Shown here: positions 47,592 to 58,454 of the stretch, piece after piece
Numbering within the stretch: the first letter of the stretch is position 1
How the letters are laid out: each line of letters begins with the position of its first letter
IMG/VR virus record: IMGVR_UViG_3300014913_000007
Location: 89,390-153,389 of that record
Reading direction: 5' to 3' (one strand)
DNA: 64,000 bases
DNA from: a virus
The notes under the pieces: generated by a model
The model's database searches: none
The model's input: the letters and a program-made list of their open reading frames with translations, nothing else
Told to the model about the DNA's origin: nothing
Program-made: the position numbers and the translations under genes

Positions 47592-48904
47592 CTTGCTCCT
47601 AGCTCCTCTTTTATTTTTTTATGCATGTACTTACTGTAAGGCTCATCATAAGTATCTAGATACCCATTCTTATAAAGGAAATCTGAAAACCTTTGATAGC
47701 CTCCTCCAAAATCTTTAAGCTCTGGTCCTACATACTTAAAGTTAGAACAGTTACCTCCCGAGTATCCTCTAGATAACATCGTCAAAATATGATCTTCCTT
47801 AAGCCTCTCCATTACTATACTATAGTTTTCGCTGTGAAGTCCAATCTCATTTACTAGCTGACTTGTGGATAGAAATATTTCATCCTTCTCAGTCTTAAAT
47901 TCTTTAATATGTTTAAATAGTTGGAATACAGCTTTTTGCATTTTGTATAGATTGCTTCCAGAAAAAGTTTCAACTATGTATTCACATGTCCAACGCTCTA
48001 GGAACATTCTATCTAAGTTCTTCTTTCTCTCTAGGACACTTGCATTTAGACCGTCTATTAAGGATTCTATTCTTTTATAGATATGTTGAGGGTTAATATT
48101 ATAATCAGTAGATTTGCCATTATTTTTCACGTCAATCCAACCAATGAATAGGGACTTTGCCACTTCTTTATTTAAATTAGCCTTAAAGAAAAAGTAAGGT
48201 GCCATGTCAGTTAGGATATCGTTGCAGGTTCCAGGTTCCAGTATTCCATTTTTGTATATTAAATCAAGTTGCTTCATCTTATTCTCATTCAGTGCTCTAC
48301 TGTGCCTGCAAAGCCTTTTATATCCAGGAGTTGCTTCATTTATAAAAGGTAAGTACGCAAATTCTGCTATTTCTTTTATGGCTAATTCTAATCCCGCTAA
48401 CCTTGGCACATTAACGGGTTCTAAAGAGCTATCTAAAAGCTTACTTCCTTCTCCAAAAGGTAATCTAATATTTCCGTTACTGACGAAAACCTCTACAGGA
48501 TCAACTCTAGGTATTATTTTATGATTGTGTAATGTTCCCTTAATTCTATCTTTAATTATAGATGGTGATGCATGTTTAAAATAAAGTAGTACATGCACAT
48601 CTCCAGAGTTTGAGGACTGTACGGGTATCTTTGGACACTGAAATAGTAGACAAGTTTTGTTAATAAACTTTTTAAACTCTTCTACACTTAATCCTTCAGG
48701 TCTATCAAAGTCTAAAACTGCGAAGCGTTTCTTCTCATGCTTATTAAGAATTTGTCCAACTATCTTATCTCCACGTAGATGCTTATCTATATATGAGTTA
48801 GATATTTTATATTCAGAACACCTCTTCCACTCTTCTCCTATACGTAAGGACAGTGTAGAACCCTTCTGTATGAAAGCTTTTCTAAACTCGTGTGTAAGGT
48901 TCAT
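47567..48904 (-). CDS. Archaeo-eukaryotic primase (TOTE-type AEP) domain protein
   Basis: HLRG...VG, FAVLDFD, SSNSGDVH, NIRLPFG; helical PriCT-like and wHTH-like C-terminal half. Confidence 0.7.
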   Translation of the reverse strand: MNLTHEFRKAFIQKGSTLSLRIGEEWKRCSEYKISNSYIDKHLRGDKIVGQILNKHEKKRFAVLDFDRPEGLSVEEFKKFINKTCLLFQCPKIPVQSSNSGDVHVLLYFKHASPSIIKDRIKGTLHNHKIIPRVDPVEVFVSNGNIRLPFGEGSKLLDSSLEPVNVPRLAGLELAIKEIAEFAYLPFINEATPGYKRLCRHSRALNENKMKQLDLIYKNGILEPGTCNDILTDMAPYFFFKANLNKEVAKSLFIGWIDVKNNGKSTDYNINPQHIYKRIESLIDGLNASVLERKKNLDRMFLERWTCEYIVETFSGSNLYKMQKAVFQLFKHIKEFKTEKDEIFLSTSQLVNEIGLHSENYSIVMERLKEDHILTMLSRGYSGGNCSNFKYVGPELKDFGGGYQRFSDFLYKNGYLDTYDEPYSKYMHKKIKEELGARCLTHMKK

Positions 48905-48906
48905 TG

Positions 48907-51366
48907 CTAAAGCCTATCAGCAGCTTCAGTTGCTAATGCAGATCTTACTCCATCTATTAATTGTATGTGTCCTACCAGTTCAGAATCTTTGAACTTCTCA
49001 ATAGTCTGAGCCAGTCCATTAGAGGTTCTAGATACATAGTAGTTATCAATTTGATCTAAGTCTCCCAACAATATAATTTTAGAGTCGTCACTAATTCTAG
49101 TTACAATTGTCTTCACATCTTGTATTGATAAGTTCTGAGCTTCATCTACAATCATTATAGAATTTCTAATGTTTCTACCACGAATATATTGTAGAGGTTC
49201 TATCTCTATAATAGGTTTTTTACCATCTCTAGCATCAGTCATGTAGTCCATTACGTCATTACCATCATCCCCCATTACAAAATCTATAGCGTCTTGAAGT
49301 GGCATAAGGAAAGGTCTAAGTTTATTGCTCAGGTCTCCCGGCAAGAATCCAAGCTTATCTTTACCGCCCATAACTGTTAGAGATCTACTGAGTACTACTT
49401 TACTATACTTAGTTTCAGAGTTTCCTATCACCTGCGCCAATGCTGCTGCTATGGAGATCAGGGTATTGTGTGTAACAACATAGTTGTCAGTTACATAGAG
49501 ATGATCCTTGTCATCAATTAGAATACACTGACATTCTTTCTTTCCTATCTTTTTAATATCTTTTATACCTAACCCCAAGTTTTTAGTATACTGATCTTTC
49601 TTTTTTATTCGTTCCTTCTTTCTTTTTAGTGAAAATAGACTTCTCTTATCTCTATGTCTAATGTTAACTATATAATGCAATCTTCCCTCTACTTTCCTAC
49701 CTGCTTTATCCTTGTAATATGGAAGCTTCTCTGCTATTCTAGCTATACCACCTAACTCCCATATAATGGATTGAACCTGTGTAGCTAACTTCTTACTAGA
49801 AGAACTAAAAGATACTGTACTTAATGTATCTGCATAACCATCTGTATCCATTAAACCTTGTAATAGTTTCAATTTCGAAGATAAACTAGCTTTCAAGTAC
49901 ACCTCTGGTATGCTTTTCTCATAAGAGTACTTCCCATATAGGTCCAAAGATTCCAGCTTACCAACTAGTCTGTTTTTTGTTTTACCTTTTCCAGTATGTT
50001 TAACTAGCAAGTCTACAATAGAGTAATCATATTCTCCATGTTTAGTCTTTCGCATTTCAAAAGACTTTCCTAAAATTCTTTTTAGTTTATTGAGTATTTC
50101 TGCATCTGCAGTTGAGAACGTTGGGGTTCTAGTACGAAAGCACCCATCTCCAATTAAGGCTCCTAGCACATAAGGATCGATTGGTAAGTCTTCTCTCTCC
50201 TTCTCTATTAAGTCTAAACTAAGATTTACTAGTGGAACTCTACCTCTAGACTTATTGTGTGACTTTGATTTAAACTTGATTAGTTGTTTAAGATCAGCAA
50301 CTTCTATCTTCGATCCGTCATCCCTATCAAGCCCTATAACTGACCAAAGGTGGTCTTCACAGCACTCTACACTTCTACCATCTACAAACTCCACTCTGTA
50401 GACTTCCTTCTCGCCTTGAGGAAACACTTGAAGTACTTTGACACTTTTTCCCGTAGGTGTTAAAACCTTAGAACCTTTAACTATATCCCCCATCCTTACA
50501 TAACCTTCAGGTGTAAGTACATTTGAGTCCAGTGGCTGTGCTTTACCAGATCCAGCTCTTCCAGTTAATGTTACCATTTTTACACTTGGATCCATCAATA
50601 ACTGCATAGCATACGCTTGCTCATCGTTTAAGGCTTTTATATTATCTATTTGAAACTCTCTTGGTATTCTAAATAGCTTTCCATTTCTATGGTAGCATCT
50701 AACTTCAGACTTACCTGTAGCTCCACCTTTTACTATACAAAATTCATTCTCTTGTAGTTTATACTTCTTACTAACCTTTGTACCTGTCCACACATGGGCC
50801 TTATGTAAACTGTCTACTAAAAGTTTAGGTGTTTCTTGTATAGGTTCTTCCCTATGTCCAGTATACTTAGTCAACTTAAGTAAGTTTTCTTGATACTTAG
50901 AAGTTTTTATATCATACATAGCTGCTCTCAATCCTAGCAGGATATCATTAGTAACTAAGAGAATTTCTTTACCCTTTTTTAAACTCTGTTTTAATTTCAT
51001 ACATGTTCCAAGTATCCTATCATCTCCTTTTGTTGGATCTAGCGGAGCTTCTAGCTCTGACATGTCTTCAGCTACAAACCTTACAGTTACTCCGGTGTCT
51101 GTATTTAGAATACCTTCGCTTATATTTCCTACCTGTTCAGAGAACCACTCCAGTGCTTTGGAGGCTTTCCGTATGTTAACTGCTTCGCTTCCACCAAGTA
51201 GTTTATCCTTTACTTTATCAAGTTCTTGAAGAACTGTGCTTGTAATAATTACAATATTATCTTTGTAATGACTCAAACAAGAAGGGTCATGTATTAAAGA
51301 AGATGTATCTATTACTACGAGGTTTCCTTTTCCTTTTGGATTATAATTTGATTCCATCAGTGACAT
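48907..51366 (-). CDS. phoH: PIN-PhoH (PhoH2) protein containing an intein
   Basis: PIN VIDTS...VLQELD...DDRIL...VTND; Walker A GRAGSGK|T; LGFLPG, IRGR, VDEAQN, LGD..QID. Confidence 0.93.
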   Translation of the reverse strand: MSLMESNYNPKGKGNLVVIDTSSLIHDPSCLSHYKDNIVIITSTVLQELDKVKDKLLGGSEAVNIRKASKALEWFSEQVGNISEGILNTDTGVTVRFVAEDMSELEAPLDPTKGDDRILGTCMKLKQSLKKGKEILLVTNDILLGLRAAMYDIKTSKYQENLLKLTKYTGHREEPIQETPKLLVDSLHKAHVWTGTKVSKKYKLQENEFCIVKGGATGKSEVRCYHRNGKLFRIPREFQIDNIKALNDEQAYAMQLLMDPSVKMVTLTGRAGSGKAQPLDSNVLTPEGYVRMGDIVKGSKVLTPTGKSVKVLQVFPQGEKEVYRVEFVDGRSVECCEDHLWSVIGLDRDDGSKIEVADLKQLIKFKSKSHNKSRGRVPLVNLSLDLIEKEREDLPIDPYVLGALIGDGCFRTRTPTFSTADAEILNKLKRILGKSFEMRKTKHGEYDYSIVDLLVKHTGKGKTKNRLVGKLESLDLYGKYSYEKSIPEVYLKASLSSKLKLLQGLMDTDGYADTLSTVSFSSSSKKLATQVQSIIWELGGIARIAEKLPYYKDKAGRKVEGRLHYIVNIRHRDKRSLFSLKRKKERIKKKDQYTKNLGLGIKDIKKIGKKECQCILIDDKDHLYVTDNYVVTHNTLISIAAALAQVIGNSETKYSKVVLSRSLTVMGGKDKLGFLPGDLSNKLRPFLMPLQDAIDFVMGDDGNDVMDYMTDARDGKKPIIEIEPLQYIRGRNIRNSIMIVDEAQNLSIQDVKTIVTRISDDSKIILLGDLDQIDNYYVSRTSNGLAQTIEKFKDSELVGHIQLIDGVRSALATEAADRL
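49465..50541 (-). mobile_element. Class 3-type intein (359 aa) with LAGLIDADG homing endonuclease
   Basis: Starts AQPLD after Walker A GK and ends VVTHN before T; EDHLW, ECQCI; LGALIGDG and LQGLMDTDG. Confidence 0.9.
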
Positions 51367-51914
51367 ATTACTCCATCATCATTTCCACCGCTTCCATCTT
51401 CAGGATCAGGATCATCATCATCGTCCTTAGATGAAAGTAAATCCTCAATATCAGAGATGCTACCCAACTCTCCACTCTCAAGTGCTTGTGTAAGAGTATG
51501 AGCCATTACCATAGTTTGAGTAGGTGAATTCATTAAAATTAAACTTTTCTTGTTATGGGTCCTTAATATTGGTTTATCAAATTCAAGCATATTAAAGTAA
51601 GCTACTACTATTGTATCATCAGTTGGGTAGGAGTATCCTACTACTGATCCTACTAGGTAGGAGTCTGAGTTATCAGTTAAGGAATTTGGATCATCCATAA
51701 GCAATCCATCCTGCATTAACTCTAACTTATCCTCAGTTGTTACTAAGTCTCCGGGAAGAAAGATATATTCACTCAATATCTCCATATTTGGAATATGTAC
51801 TGGGTCTTTCTTTGAAGGATTTACTAGCTTACGTATTAATTTTAACAAATAAATTAAAAAATCAATATGCTTCCTAACCACTAGTTTAAAACATGATTTA
51901 CTTAATGTATACAT
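51357..51914 (-). CDS. Hypothetical protein with acidic tail
   Basis: ORF between clpP and phoH. Confidence 0.6.
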   Translation of the reverse strand: MYTLSKSCFKLVVRKHIDFLIYLLKLIRKLVNPSKKDPVHIPNMEILSEYIFLPGDLVTTEDKLELMQDGLLMDDPNSLTDNSDSYLVGSVVGYSYPTDDTIVVAYFNMLEFDKPILRTHNKKSLILMNSPTQTMVMAHTLTQALESGELGSISDIEDLLSSKDDDDDPDPEDGSGGNDDGVICH

Positions 51915-52510
51915 TATTCTTTTAATTCCTTTTCGCTTTCTATTATCCTATCAATTAAATTAAGATTTTTTGCCTCTTCAGGACACATCCATAAATCTCT
52001 TTGAAGCATTTCTAATACTTTCCCTAAGTCTACTCCAGTTTTCTTAGCTAATATTTTTGCTAAAACTGAATTTAACCTATCAACTTCGTTGAAATTTATC
52101 TCTTGTTCCGTTCTAGTACCTTCTGTAGGGCCTCCACTTACTTCGTGAATCATTATTCTAGTATTTGGTAATGAAAATCTTTTACCATCTGCTCCAGAAC
52201 AGAGCAGAACTGCACCCATACTCGCTGCCTGACCCATGCCTATTGTACGGACATCTGCAGATATGAAGTTCATAGTATTTATAATAGCTAATCCAGCTGT
52301 AACTGAGCCTCCTGGAGAGTTTATATATAGTTCAATATCTTGTTCTGGATTCTGCTGATTGAGTAGTAATAACTGAGCAACTACACTGTTTGCAACATCA
52401 TCAGTTATCTCGGATCCTATGAAAATTATTCTATCTTCTAAGAGTCTTGAATATACATCATAAGCTCTCTCGCCTTCTTTAGTTTTTTCAATTACATTAG
52501 GTATTAACAT
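51914..52510 (-). CDS. clpP: ATP-dependent Clp protease proteolytic subunit
   Basis: DVYSRLLEDRIIF, YINSPGG, AASMG, MIHE, RD. Confidence 0.96.
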   Translation of the reverse strand: MLIPNVIEKTKEGERAYDVYSRLLEDRIIFIGSEITDDVANSVVAQLLLLNQQNPEQDIELYINSPGGSVTAGLAIINTMNFISADVRTIGMGQAASMGAVLLCSGADGKRFSLPNTRIMIHEVSGGPTEGTRTEQEINFNEVDRLNSVLAKILAKKTGVDLGKVLEMLQRDLWMCPEEAKNLNLIDRIIESEKELKE

Positions 52511-52662
52511 AAAATCCTATGATTGTAGTACTTATTCTAAAGTTTAACACAGTGACTTCAGAACGTCAACAAACTAATTATTTTAAATATTTTTGACTAA
52601 AGTTATAAAATATTGTATCATTTAATTATATACATAAAAAATCTTAAGCAGGAGAAAATTCG

Positions 52663-53793
52663 ATGAGCGATTTCAATCTTTACGGACCACTAAATGATTT
52701 CGGATATGGAGTATTTACAAGAGGTATAATTAAAGGACTCCTTGAATTAAACGAATCTAAATTTAGTATTAATCCTATAGGTCCACTATCCTTAGAAAAT
52801 CAACAAGAAACTCAAGTACTTAGAAACATAATAAGTAGTAATCAATGGGATAGGGAGGTTCCTTCAGTGGCCATCTGGCATGAGTTTGACCTAACTAAGT
52901 TCTCTGCCAAAAAATTAGTGGCTTATCCAATATTTGAAACTGATAAGTTTAATTCTACAGCTATGAATCAACTACCACAAATGGATGCTATATTTGTCCT
53001 ATCTAAGTGGGCAAAGGAGATAGTAATAAAGAATATAGGAAACTCTGTTCCGGTACATGTGGTTCAGGGAGCTTCTGATGCTGTCCTACATAAGAAAAAA
53101 GAGTACAGTGAAGCTGATACTTTTACATTCCTTAGTGTTGGAAAGTTTGAACAAAGAAAGTCTCCTGTTGAAGCTATTACTGCATATGTAAATGCATTTC
53201 AAGCAAAGCAAGCTACCACTCGATACATTTGTCACTGTTTTAATCCTTTTGACAGACATTTTGCAAATAACATGGCTACAATATTAACACAGATAGGATT
53301 ACGTGTGATTCCAGCTACTTCCAGTGGGTCCATTATAGGTGTAAGAGGTAATGCCATAGTTGAAGTACCTCGATTTAAGTTACAGAGGGATCAATTGATA
53401 GAGCTAATGTCACGGAGTCACGTAGGATTATTTCCTGCAAGAGCAGAGGGTTGGAATCTACCTCTAATGGAAACCATTAAAGCTGGTACGCCTTGTATAG
53501 CTACCAACTACTCAGCTCACACTGAGTACCTCACATCTGAGTATAACTACCCTCAAGACCTATTACTTAATAATCTCACTACTGAACTAGCAAATGATGG
53601 TCAATTTTTTAAAGGAGACCGCGGAAACTGGATGAGACCGAATACTGGGGAAATTTCCCAGAAAATGAACTATGTATATGATAACTACAAAGAAGTATTA
53701 GAGGATTTTAATAGAAATACAATAGCAGATCAATTTACATGGAAAAACTCTGCTAAACAGCTTATTTCTTCTTTAAATAAAATTAATGATTAA
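52663..53793 (+). CDS. GT4-family glycosyltransferase
   Basis: GYG, FETD, SVGKFEQRK, FPARAEGWNLPLME, IATNYSAH. Confidence 0.9.
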   Translation: MSDFNLYGPLNDFGYGVFTRGIIKGLLELNESKFSINPIGPLSLENQQETQVLRNIISSNQWDREVPSVAIWHEFDLTKFSAKKLVAYPIFETDKFNSTAMNQLPQMDAIFVLSKWAKEIVIKNIGNSVPVHVVQGASDAVLHKKKEYSEADTFTFLSVGKFEQRKSPVEAITAYVNAFQAKQATTRYICHCFNPFDRHFANNMATILTQIGLRVIPATSSGSIIGVRGNAIVEVPRFKLQRDQLIELMSRSHVGLFPARAEGWNLPLMETIKAGTPCIATNYSAHTEYLTSEYNYPQDLLLNNLTTELANDGQFFKGDRGNWMRPNTGEISQKMNYVYDNYKEVLEDFNRNTIADQFTWKNSAKQLISSLNKIND

Positions 53794-54004
53794 AATATTA
53801 AAAGAAAAATTAAGACCAACTGCAGTACCTGAAAACCTTATTCCCATTGTTTTTAGATGTCAGGACTGTGGGTGTACTATTCGAAGATTGGAGGCTACAA
53901 ACTCATACGTTTTAATGAGTACTAGTTCTCTAATAGATCGTGGAAAGCAGAAAATATGTCCCTTCTGTTATAGACTCAAACAATATCAAGGAGTCTCTAA
54001 TTAA
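53786..54004 (+). CDS. Small zinc-binding protein
   Basis: CQDC...CPFC. Confidence 0.55.
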   Translation: MIKILKEKLRPTAVPENLIPIVFRCQDCGCTIRRLEATNSYVLMSTSSLIDRGKQKICPFCYRLKQYQGVSN

Positions 54005-54499
54005 TTGGCTAGAATAAATTTAAAACATTCTAAAGCTCCTAATGGACTATTAATACCTATCACAGTAAATATAGAGCATTCTGCTTTAAAAAGTAACAAT
54101 GATGGTGAACTAATATTCATCCTGACTTTCGATACTGGAGCTATTGATTTAAATGGGGCCGTAATTGAAACTGTAGTAATTGACGGAGTTTCTAAAAAGT
54201 CTATAAAAAGAGAAATCCAAAAAGGTGTAACATTAATAGGGAACCAAATAGATTGGGAGGATCTTCAAGAAGATGTGGCAGCTCCTAGAATAGAGAACAT
54301 AAGTCCAGAGCCTGGCGAAAAAGACGTAAGTATAGAGTCACATATCATACTTAAATTAAAAGATAACTTCCCGACAACAGGTATAGATCCTAACTCAATA
54401 AATCTAAAAGTAAATGATATAGATATTACAAGTGACTTAAGAATAAAGGGTGCAGATACAGAATATTATATTAGATGGATTCCTACTATTTTAAAGTAA
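54005..54499 (+). CDS. Ig-like (Big_5-like) domain protein
   Basis: APRI..ISP.PGE.DV.....I...L.D...GID..SI.L.VN. Confidence 0.6.
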   Translation: MARINLKHSKAPNGLLIPITVNIEHSALKSNNDGELIFILTFDTGAIDLNGAVIETVVIDGVSKKSIKREIQKGVTLIGNQIDWEDLQEDVAAPRIENISPEPGEKDVSIESHIILKLKDNFPTTGIDPNSINLKVNDIDITSDLRIKGADTEYYIRWIPTILK

Positions 54500-55174
54500 T
54501 TATACTGGGGTTCCACTACTAAGTATGTATAGGACCCTATCAGCTAGTTCTTCTAAACTTAGCCCTATAGGCTCATAACCTCTCTCTATTAGTCCATTAT
54601 TTTCAAAACTAGTTCCAGAGGTGGATGTAAAGTAATCAAATAATCCTTCCACATCTCCTTCAGTTGTCCCTTCGACACCTAGATTATTATATTTCCACAG
54701 GTAATCACCTAAATCACTTACTAGTTCTCCAGTCTCTTCGTAGGTTAATCTATTGAATAGTTCTGAAATTGCTGCATCTTCTCTACCTGCTCTACATTTG
54801 CAAGATCTAGCATGGAAGACTTTTCCGTTCTCTATTTGTTCATCTAGAGAAAAGAAGAGATTACGAGTATCTGTGTCTGTACAGAAATGTTCTGAAGCTT
54901 GCATCAACTCGTCTGTTGACATTATTTGCCAATTGTTGGTTACATAGTGTATAAGTGAGTGTCTGTGCCAAATATAATCATGCTCACAGTCTTCCCAACT
55001 ATCATTGTCGCACAATACACTTACTGAACCGGATGTTACTGTGTGATCTGAGCCACTAGGACATACTTCCATTGTAAATAAACCTTCTTCTACATGAGAG
55101 GTATTACATGTTTCACAAAAAAATCTATATCTCATATATCTACTCCTTAAAGCTCCAAAGAAATAAAATTGCAA
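54500..55174 (-). CDS. Hypothetical protein
   Basis: ORF; CETC..CP...H; likely start at MRYRFF. Confidence 0.6.
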   Translation of the reverse strand: MQFYFFGALRSRYMRYRFFCETCNTSHVEEGLFTMEVCPSGSDHTVTSGSVSVLCDNDSWEDCEHDYIWHRHSLIHYVTNNWQIMSTDELMQASEHFCTDTDTRNLFFSLDEQIENGKVFHARSCKCRAGREDAAISELFNRLTYEETGELVSDLGDYLWKYNNLGVEGTTEGDVEGLFDYFTSTSGTSFENNGLIERGYEPIGLSLEELADRVLYILSSGTPV

Positions 55175-55767
55175 TAGGTTGCATATTTATTTGTCTTGAG
55201 CTGTATTTCCCAAATTGCTTCAGATTCTGGTATGTTCGCTATCTTTTCTAGTATAATTAAATTTTTTCCCATCTCTTCACAGCTTCCCACACATATTTCT
55301 TTATTATTAGTTACATCAAAAATCCTTATACTACTGATCTGCTTTTTTTTCATTACAGATATTATTACTTTTATCTTCCGTAACACACCAAAAGCTTTAA
55401 TACCTGGAAATAAAATAGTACTTCTAGTGTGCCAATATTTACTTTTCGTAGCTAATCCATTGTTTTCGAAAACATATGATATTCTCCTATTCCCTAAAGT
55501 GATACAATTTTCTGGATCCTTGTCTGATGCCACGTAAGATGTATCACCCATCATTCCAAAATGAAATGCGTTCCCATGTTCATCTGTAAAATGTACCTTA
55601 GAAGAAAGCATACCATTGTTCATTACTTGATCGTAGTGATCTTCTGTTACATAAGTTTCCACTAGATGATGATCTGGGTACATATCTAAATGATGCTGAC
55701 TTCCACCTATGCCAATAAATTTTTGACACTGCAAACAAAAATCAATCCATCTTACATTAATACTCAT
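55147..55767 (-). CDS. Hypothetical protein
   Basis: ORF; CxxC...H..HH N-terminus. Confidence 0.6.
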   Translation of the reverse strand: MSINVRWIDFCLQCQKFIGIGGSQHHLDMYPDHHLVETYVTEDHYDQVMNNGMLSSKVHFTDEHGNAFHFGMMGDTSYVASDKDPENCITLGNRRISYVFENNGLATKSKYWHTRSTILFPGIKAFGVLRKIKVIISVMKKKQISSIRIFDVTNNKEICVGSCEEMGKNLIILEKIANIPESEAIWEIQLKTNKYATYCNFISLEL

Positions 55768-56543
55768 TAACTTAACTCCACCATTTCTATATTTAAAAAC
55801 CCACCTGCCACTGGGAAAGTCTGTCCAAGATCTCCATACATACCAGCTCTAACTGCAATAGTCTCATCACTTCCCGAAGTAGTGATGTAGTAAGAACCTG
55901 CAGTACTTGTATGTCCAGACTGATTACCGTCTCTAACATATCCACCTTGAAGTGTGGCTAGTAATTGAGTTCCATCATTTTGATTAAGATTAGTTAGTAA
56001 AGTTTTTCTATCCCTAGCAGTCCTAGGTAAATAAGAACAAACCGACCAACTTACCTTATAAACGCCTGCATCAGATATTGTTATAGCATTGTTTTCAACT
56101 TCAAATAAACTGCTGTTACCTACTACTGTATTAGTGTTCATAGGCAGTTTATCTACTGAGGTATCTAAATCTGTACCTAACTCAAAATCTACCTGGCAAT
56201 ACTGTATAACACTCTTAGAATCTACATACTGCTTAGTGGCAGCCTGCCCAGAAACCGTTGGATCTGTATTTAAATTGAGTGGACCTGTCATTGTATCGCC
56301 CGATATAGAAACATAATTGTCATCAGTATATCCAGATAGTGCTACGATCCCTGCCGAGTTGTCAACAATATCAGAAGCGTTAGTGGAGATGTCTAGTGAA
56401 TTCTGATCTGTGGTACCGGATACACTTACTAAATCTGCGTGATAAGCTGCACCTATATCACTTGGATCTAGTACTTCTTCAATCCAATCATCATTTTCAT
56501 TTACCTTCTTTACTACAATTGTTCCACTAGGCCATATAGTCAT
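55767..56543 (-). CDS. Short fibre-like protein with C1q/BclA-like C-terminal head
   Basis: GDTMTGPL...DPT...AATKQYVD; ITISDAGVYKVSW. Confidence 0.65.
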   Translation of the reverse strand: MTIWPSGTIVVKKVNENDDWIEEVLDPSDIGAAYHADLVSVSGTTDQNSLDISTNASDIVDNSAGIVALSGYTDDNYVSISGDTMTGPLNLNTDPTVSGQAATKQYVDSKSVIQYCQVDFELGTDLDTSVDKLPMNTNTVVGNSSLFEVENNAITISDAGVYKVSWSVCSYLPRTARDRKTLLTNLNQNDGTQLLATLQGGYVRDGNQSGHTSTAGSYYITTSGSDETIAVRAGMYGDLGQTFPVAGGFLNIEMVELS

Positions 56544-56610
56544 ATGGTATTAATATAGTACATTAGAAAATTTGACTTTAGGTTCTAGTTGCTATAGTAT
56601 AGTAAGTACT

Positions 56611-57072
56611 ATGATTAGATCATCTACATCAAAACGTAAATTAAACACTGTTAGAATACATAATCAACTATGGTTAAGGTGGTCTAAAATTGAGCACTTA
56701 GGTGATGGTAAAATAAAAGTAAAGAATCCAGAGTTCTATGGTCCAGTTATGAGTGATTGCGTAGAAATGGAGGACACTGGTAGTATTAGGCTGGATCTTA
56801 CTAATCACTTTTTACTAATACTTCCAAAGCCTTACATAGTAAGATTAGAATGGACAGGTAAAATAAGCCAAAATGAAAAAAAGGCAGTATTTACTGAAGC
56901 TATCCTACATGACACAGATTTAGGTAATCTAAACTTATTGAGAAATAAATATCAAATACTTATTGATTGTGAGAATCATACTACAGAATCTAGAGCGAAA
57001 GGTAACTTAAAAACTTCTTTTACTTCAACAGTTTATGACCATAACGGTCAACCCTGTGACATAACTAATTAA
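56611..57072 (+). CDS. Hypothetical protein
   Basis: ORF track 56572..57072; its TTG start lies in a TTGACT -35 box, so ATG 56611 is the more likely start. Confidence 0.6.
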   Translation: MIRSSTSKRKLNTVRIHNQLWLRWSKIEHLGDGKIKVKNPEFYGPVMSDCVEMEDTGSIRLDLTNHFLLILPKPYIVRLEWTGKISQNEKKAVFTEAILHDTDLGNLNLLRNKYQILIDCENHTTESRAKGNLKTSFTSTVYDHNGQPCDITN

Positions 57073-57109
57073 AATTACTACATAAAGGTTACTATACTAT
57101 ATAATAAAT

Positions 57110-57454
57110 ATGACAATAAAAGCACCAGTATTAAATAGGAGAGTTCAAGGAAGAAAAAGGTATTGCTGGAGAATATGTCCATATGCAACGAACGATCTTT
57201 CAGATAGAATTCCAGATGTAGAACGAGCAGATCATGTTGTGACTAGTGGGCAAATGGCTATGGATATTCGTGGTGGACACCATAGGGCTGGTTGGGTATG
57301 TGAGGATCCCAGCTGCCCATTCTTTTTAGGTACAGCAGTAACTCCTATACAAATTTATGAAAACAAGATAGTTATAAGCGGTGCTGACTATACCGTTCAG
57401 AAGATTCCTCACGACACTCCTTTATGTTCTGGCATTCAATTTTGGGAGTACTAA
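57110..57454 (+). CDS. Hypothetical Cys-containing protein
   Basis: ORF. Confidence 0.6.
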   Translation: MTIKAPVLNRRVQGRKRYCWRICPYATNDLSDRIPDVERADHVVTSGQMAMDIRGGHHRAGWVCEDPSCPFFLGTAVTPIQIYENKIVISGADYTVQKIPHDTPLCSGIQFWEY

Positions 57455-57534
57455 TCTAGCTTTTCGTACTATTTAGCTATTAGAGTTGGTATAGACGTAT
57501 ACCCTGAAAAATATAATTAAAAGAGGATATTATA

Positions 57535-58449
57535 ATGGCACAATCGGAACAAGTAAGAGATCTCATAAATAATCCAAGTGTTACTAAAACAGTGACCTTA
57601 GATATGGATAAAGTAGTTCCTTTAGATAATGAAGGAGATGAAGTTTACGTTTCTGTAGGCTCCACTGCAAATACTGCCGTAGGCGGTTCATCAATTACCC
57701 CTATCTATGTCCGTGAATTTAAATCAGGATATTTTAAGAGTTCTGGGTTCAAAACTGAACCTTTCACAATTGACTCTTCTGCTAATGCGATGGAAGTTTC
57801 TATGGATGGATCTACTGCTAGAGAGATCATCTTAGAAGAAGGTACTGGACTATCAGGAGAAAATATAGCTGATGACATTAGAGACAAGTTGTCTGCTCTA
57901 GCTGCAGCTTCAGCAGTTGAAGAGGGAAATTTATCATTCCTTAACTGCACAGTAACCTGGAAAAACAATAGATTTAGTATCATTTCTGGCTCTATTTCTA
58001 GTAATTACACAGGTGTTGGAAAATCTAGCGTTGAGGTTACAGCAGCTACATCAAACGATGTATCAGTACTGTTGGGCTTTGATCTAGGAGTTTCTAGCCA
58101 AGCTATTAGTTCTAAAAGATCAGTTGAATCTAAACTTTCTGCAGACTTTACTGCGAGTGGTACTACACTTAACTTAGTTAGTGTAGAAGACATGGCAGCT
58201 GGAGAAGCATATACAATCTTCGACGCTACTAATAGGGGATACTTCGTAGCTGAAGACGTTACAGCTAGTGGTTCTACCATTACTGTAGCTTCTGGAGCAG
58301 TTACTAATAGTTACTCTACTGGAGCTGGAGTTCAAAAAATATATGAAAGGGACGCTGATTCAGAACTGGCTTCTCCTCATGAGACTATTGACGACATTTA
58401 TAGACACATTCTAAAAAGTGTTGCTAACCAAATAGACTTCACATCTTAA
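57535..58449 (+). CDS. Virion-like protein
   Basis: S/T/A/G-rich; shares a domain with 62044..63594 and 33058..40449; GAGG RBS. Confidence 0.65.
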   Translation: MAQSEQVRDLINNPSVTKTVTLDMDKVVPLDNEGDEVYVSVGSTANTAVGGSSITPIYVREFKSGYFKSSGFKTEPFTIDSSANAMEVSMDGSTAREIILEEGTGLSGENIADDIRDKLSALAAASAVEEGNLSFLNCTVTWKNNRFSIISGSISSNYTGVGKSSVEVTAATSNDVSVLLGFDLGVSSQAISSKRSVESKLSADFTASGTTLNLVSVEDMAAGEAYTIFDATNRGYFVAEDVTASGSTITVASGAVTNSYSTGAGVQKIYERDADSELASPHETIDDIYRHILKSVANQIDFTS

Positions 58450-58454
58450 TATTA

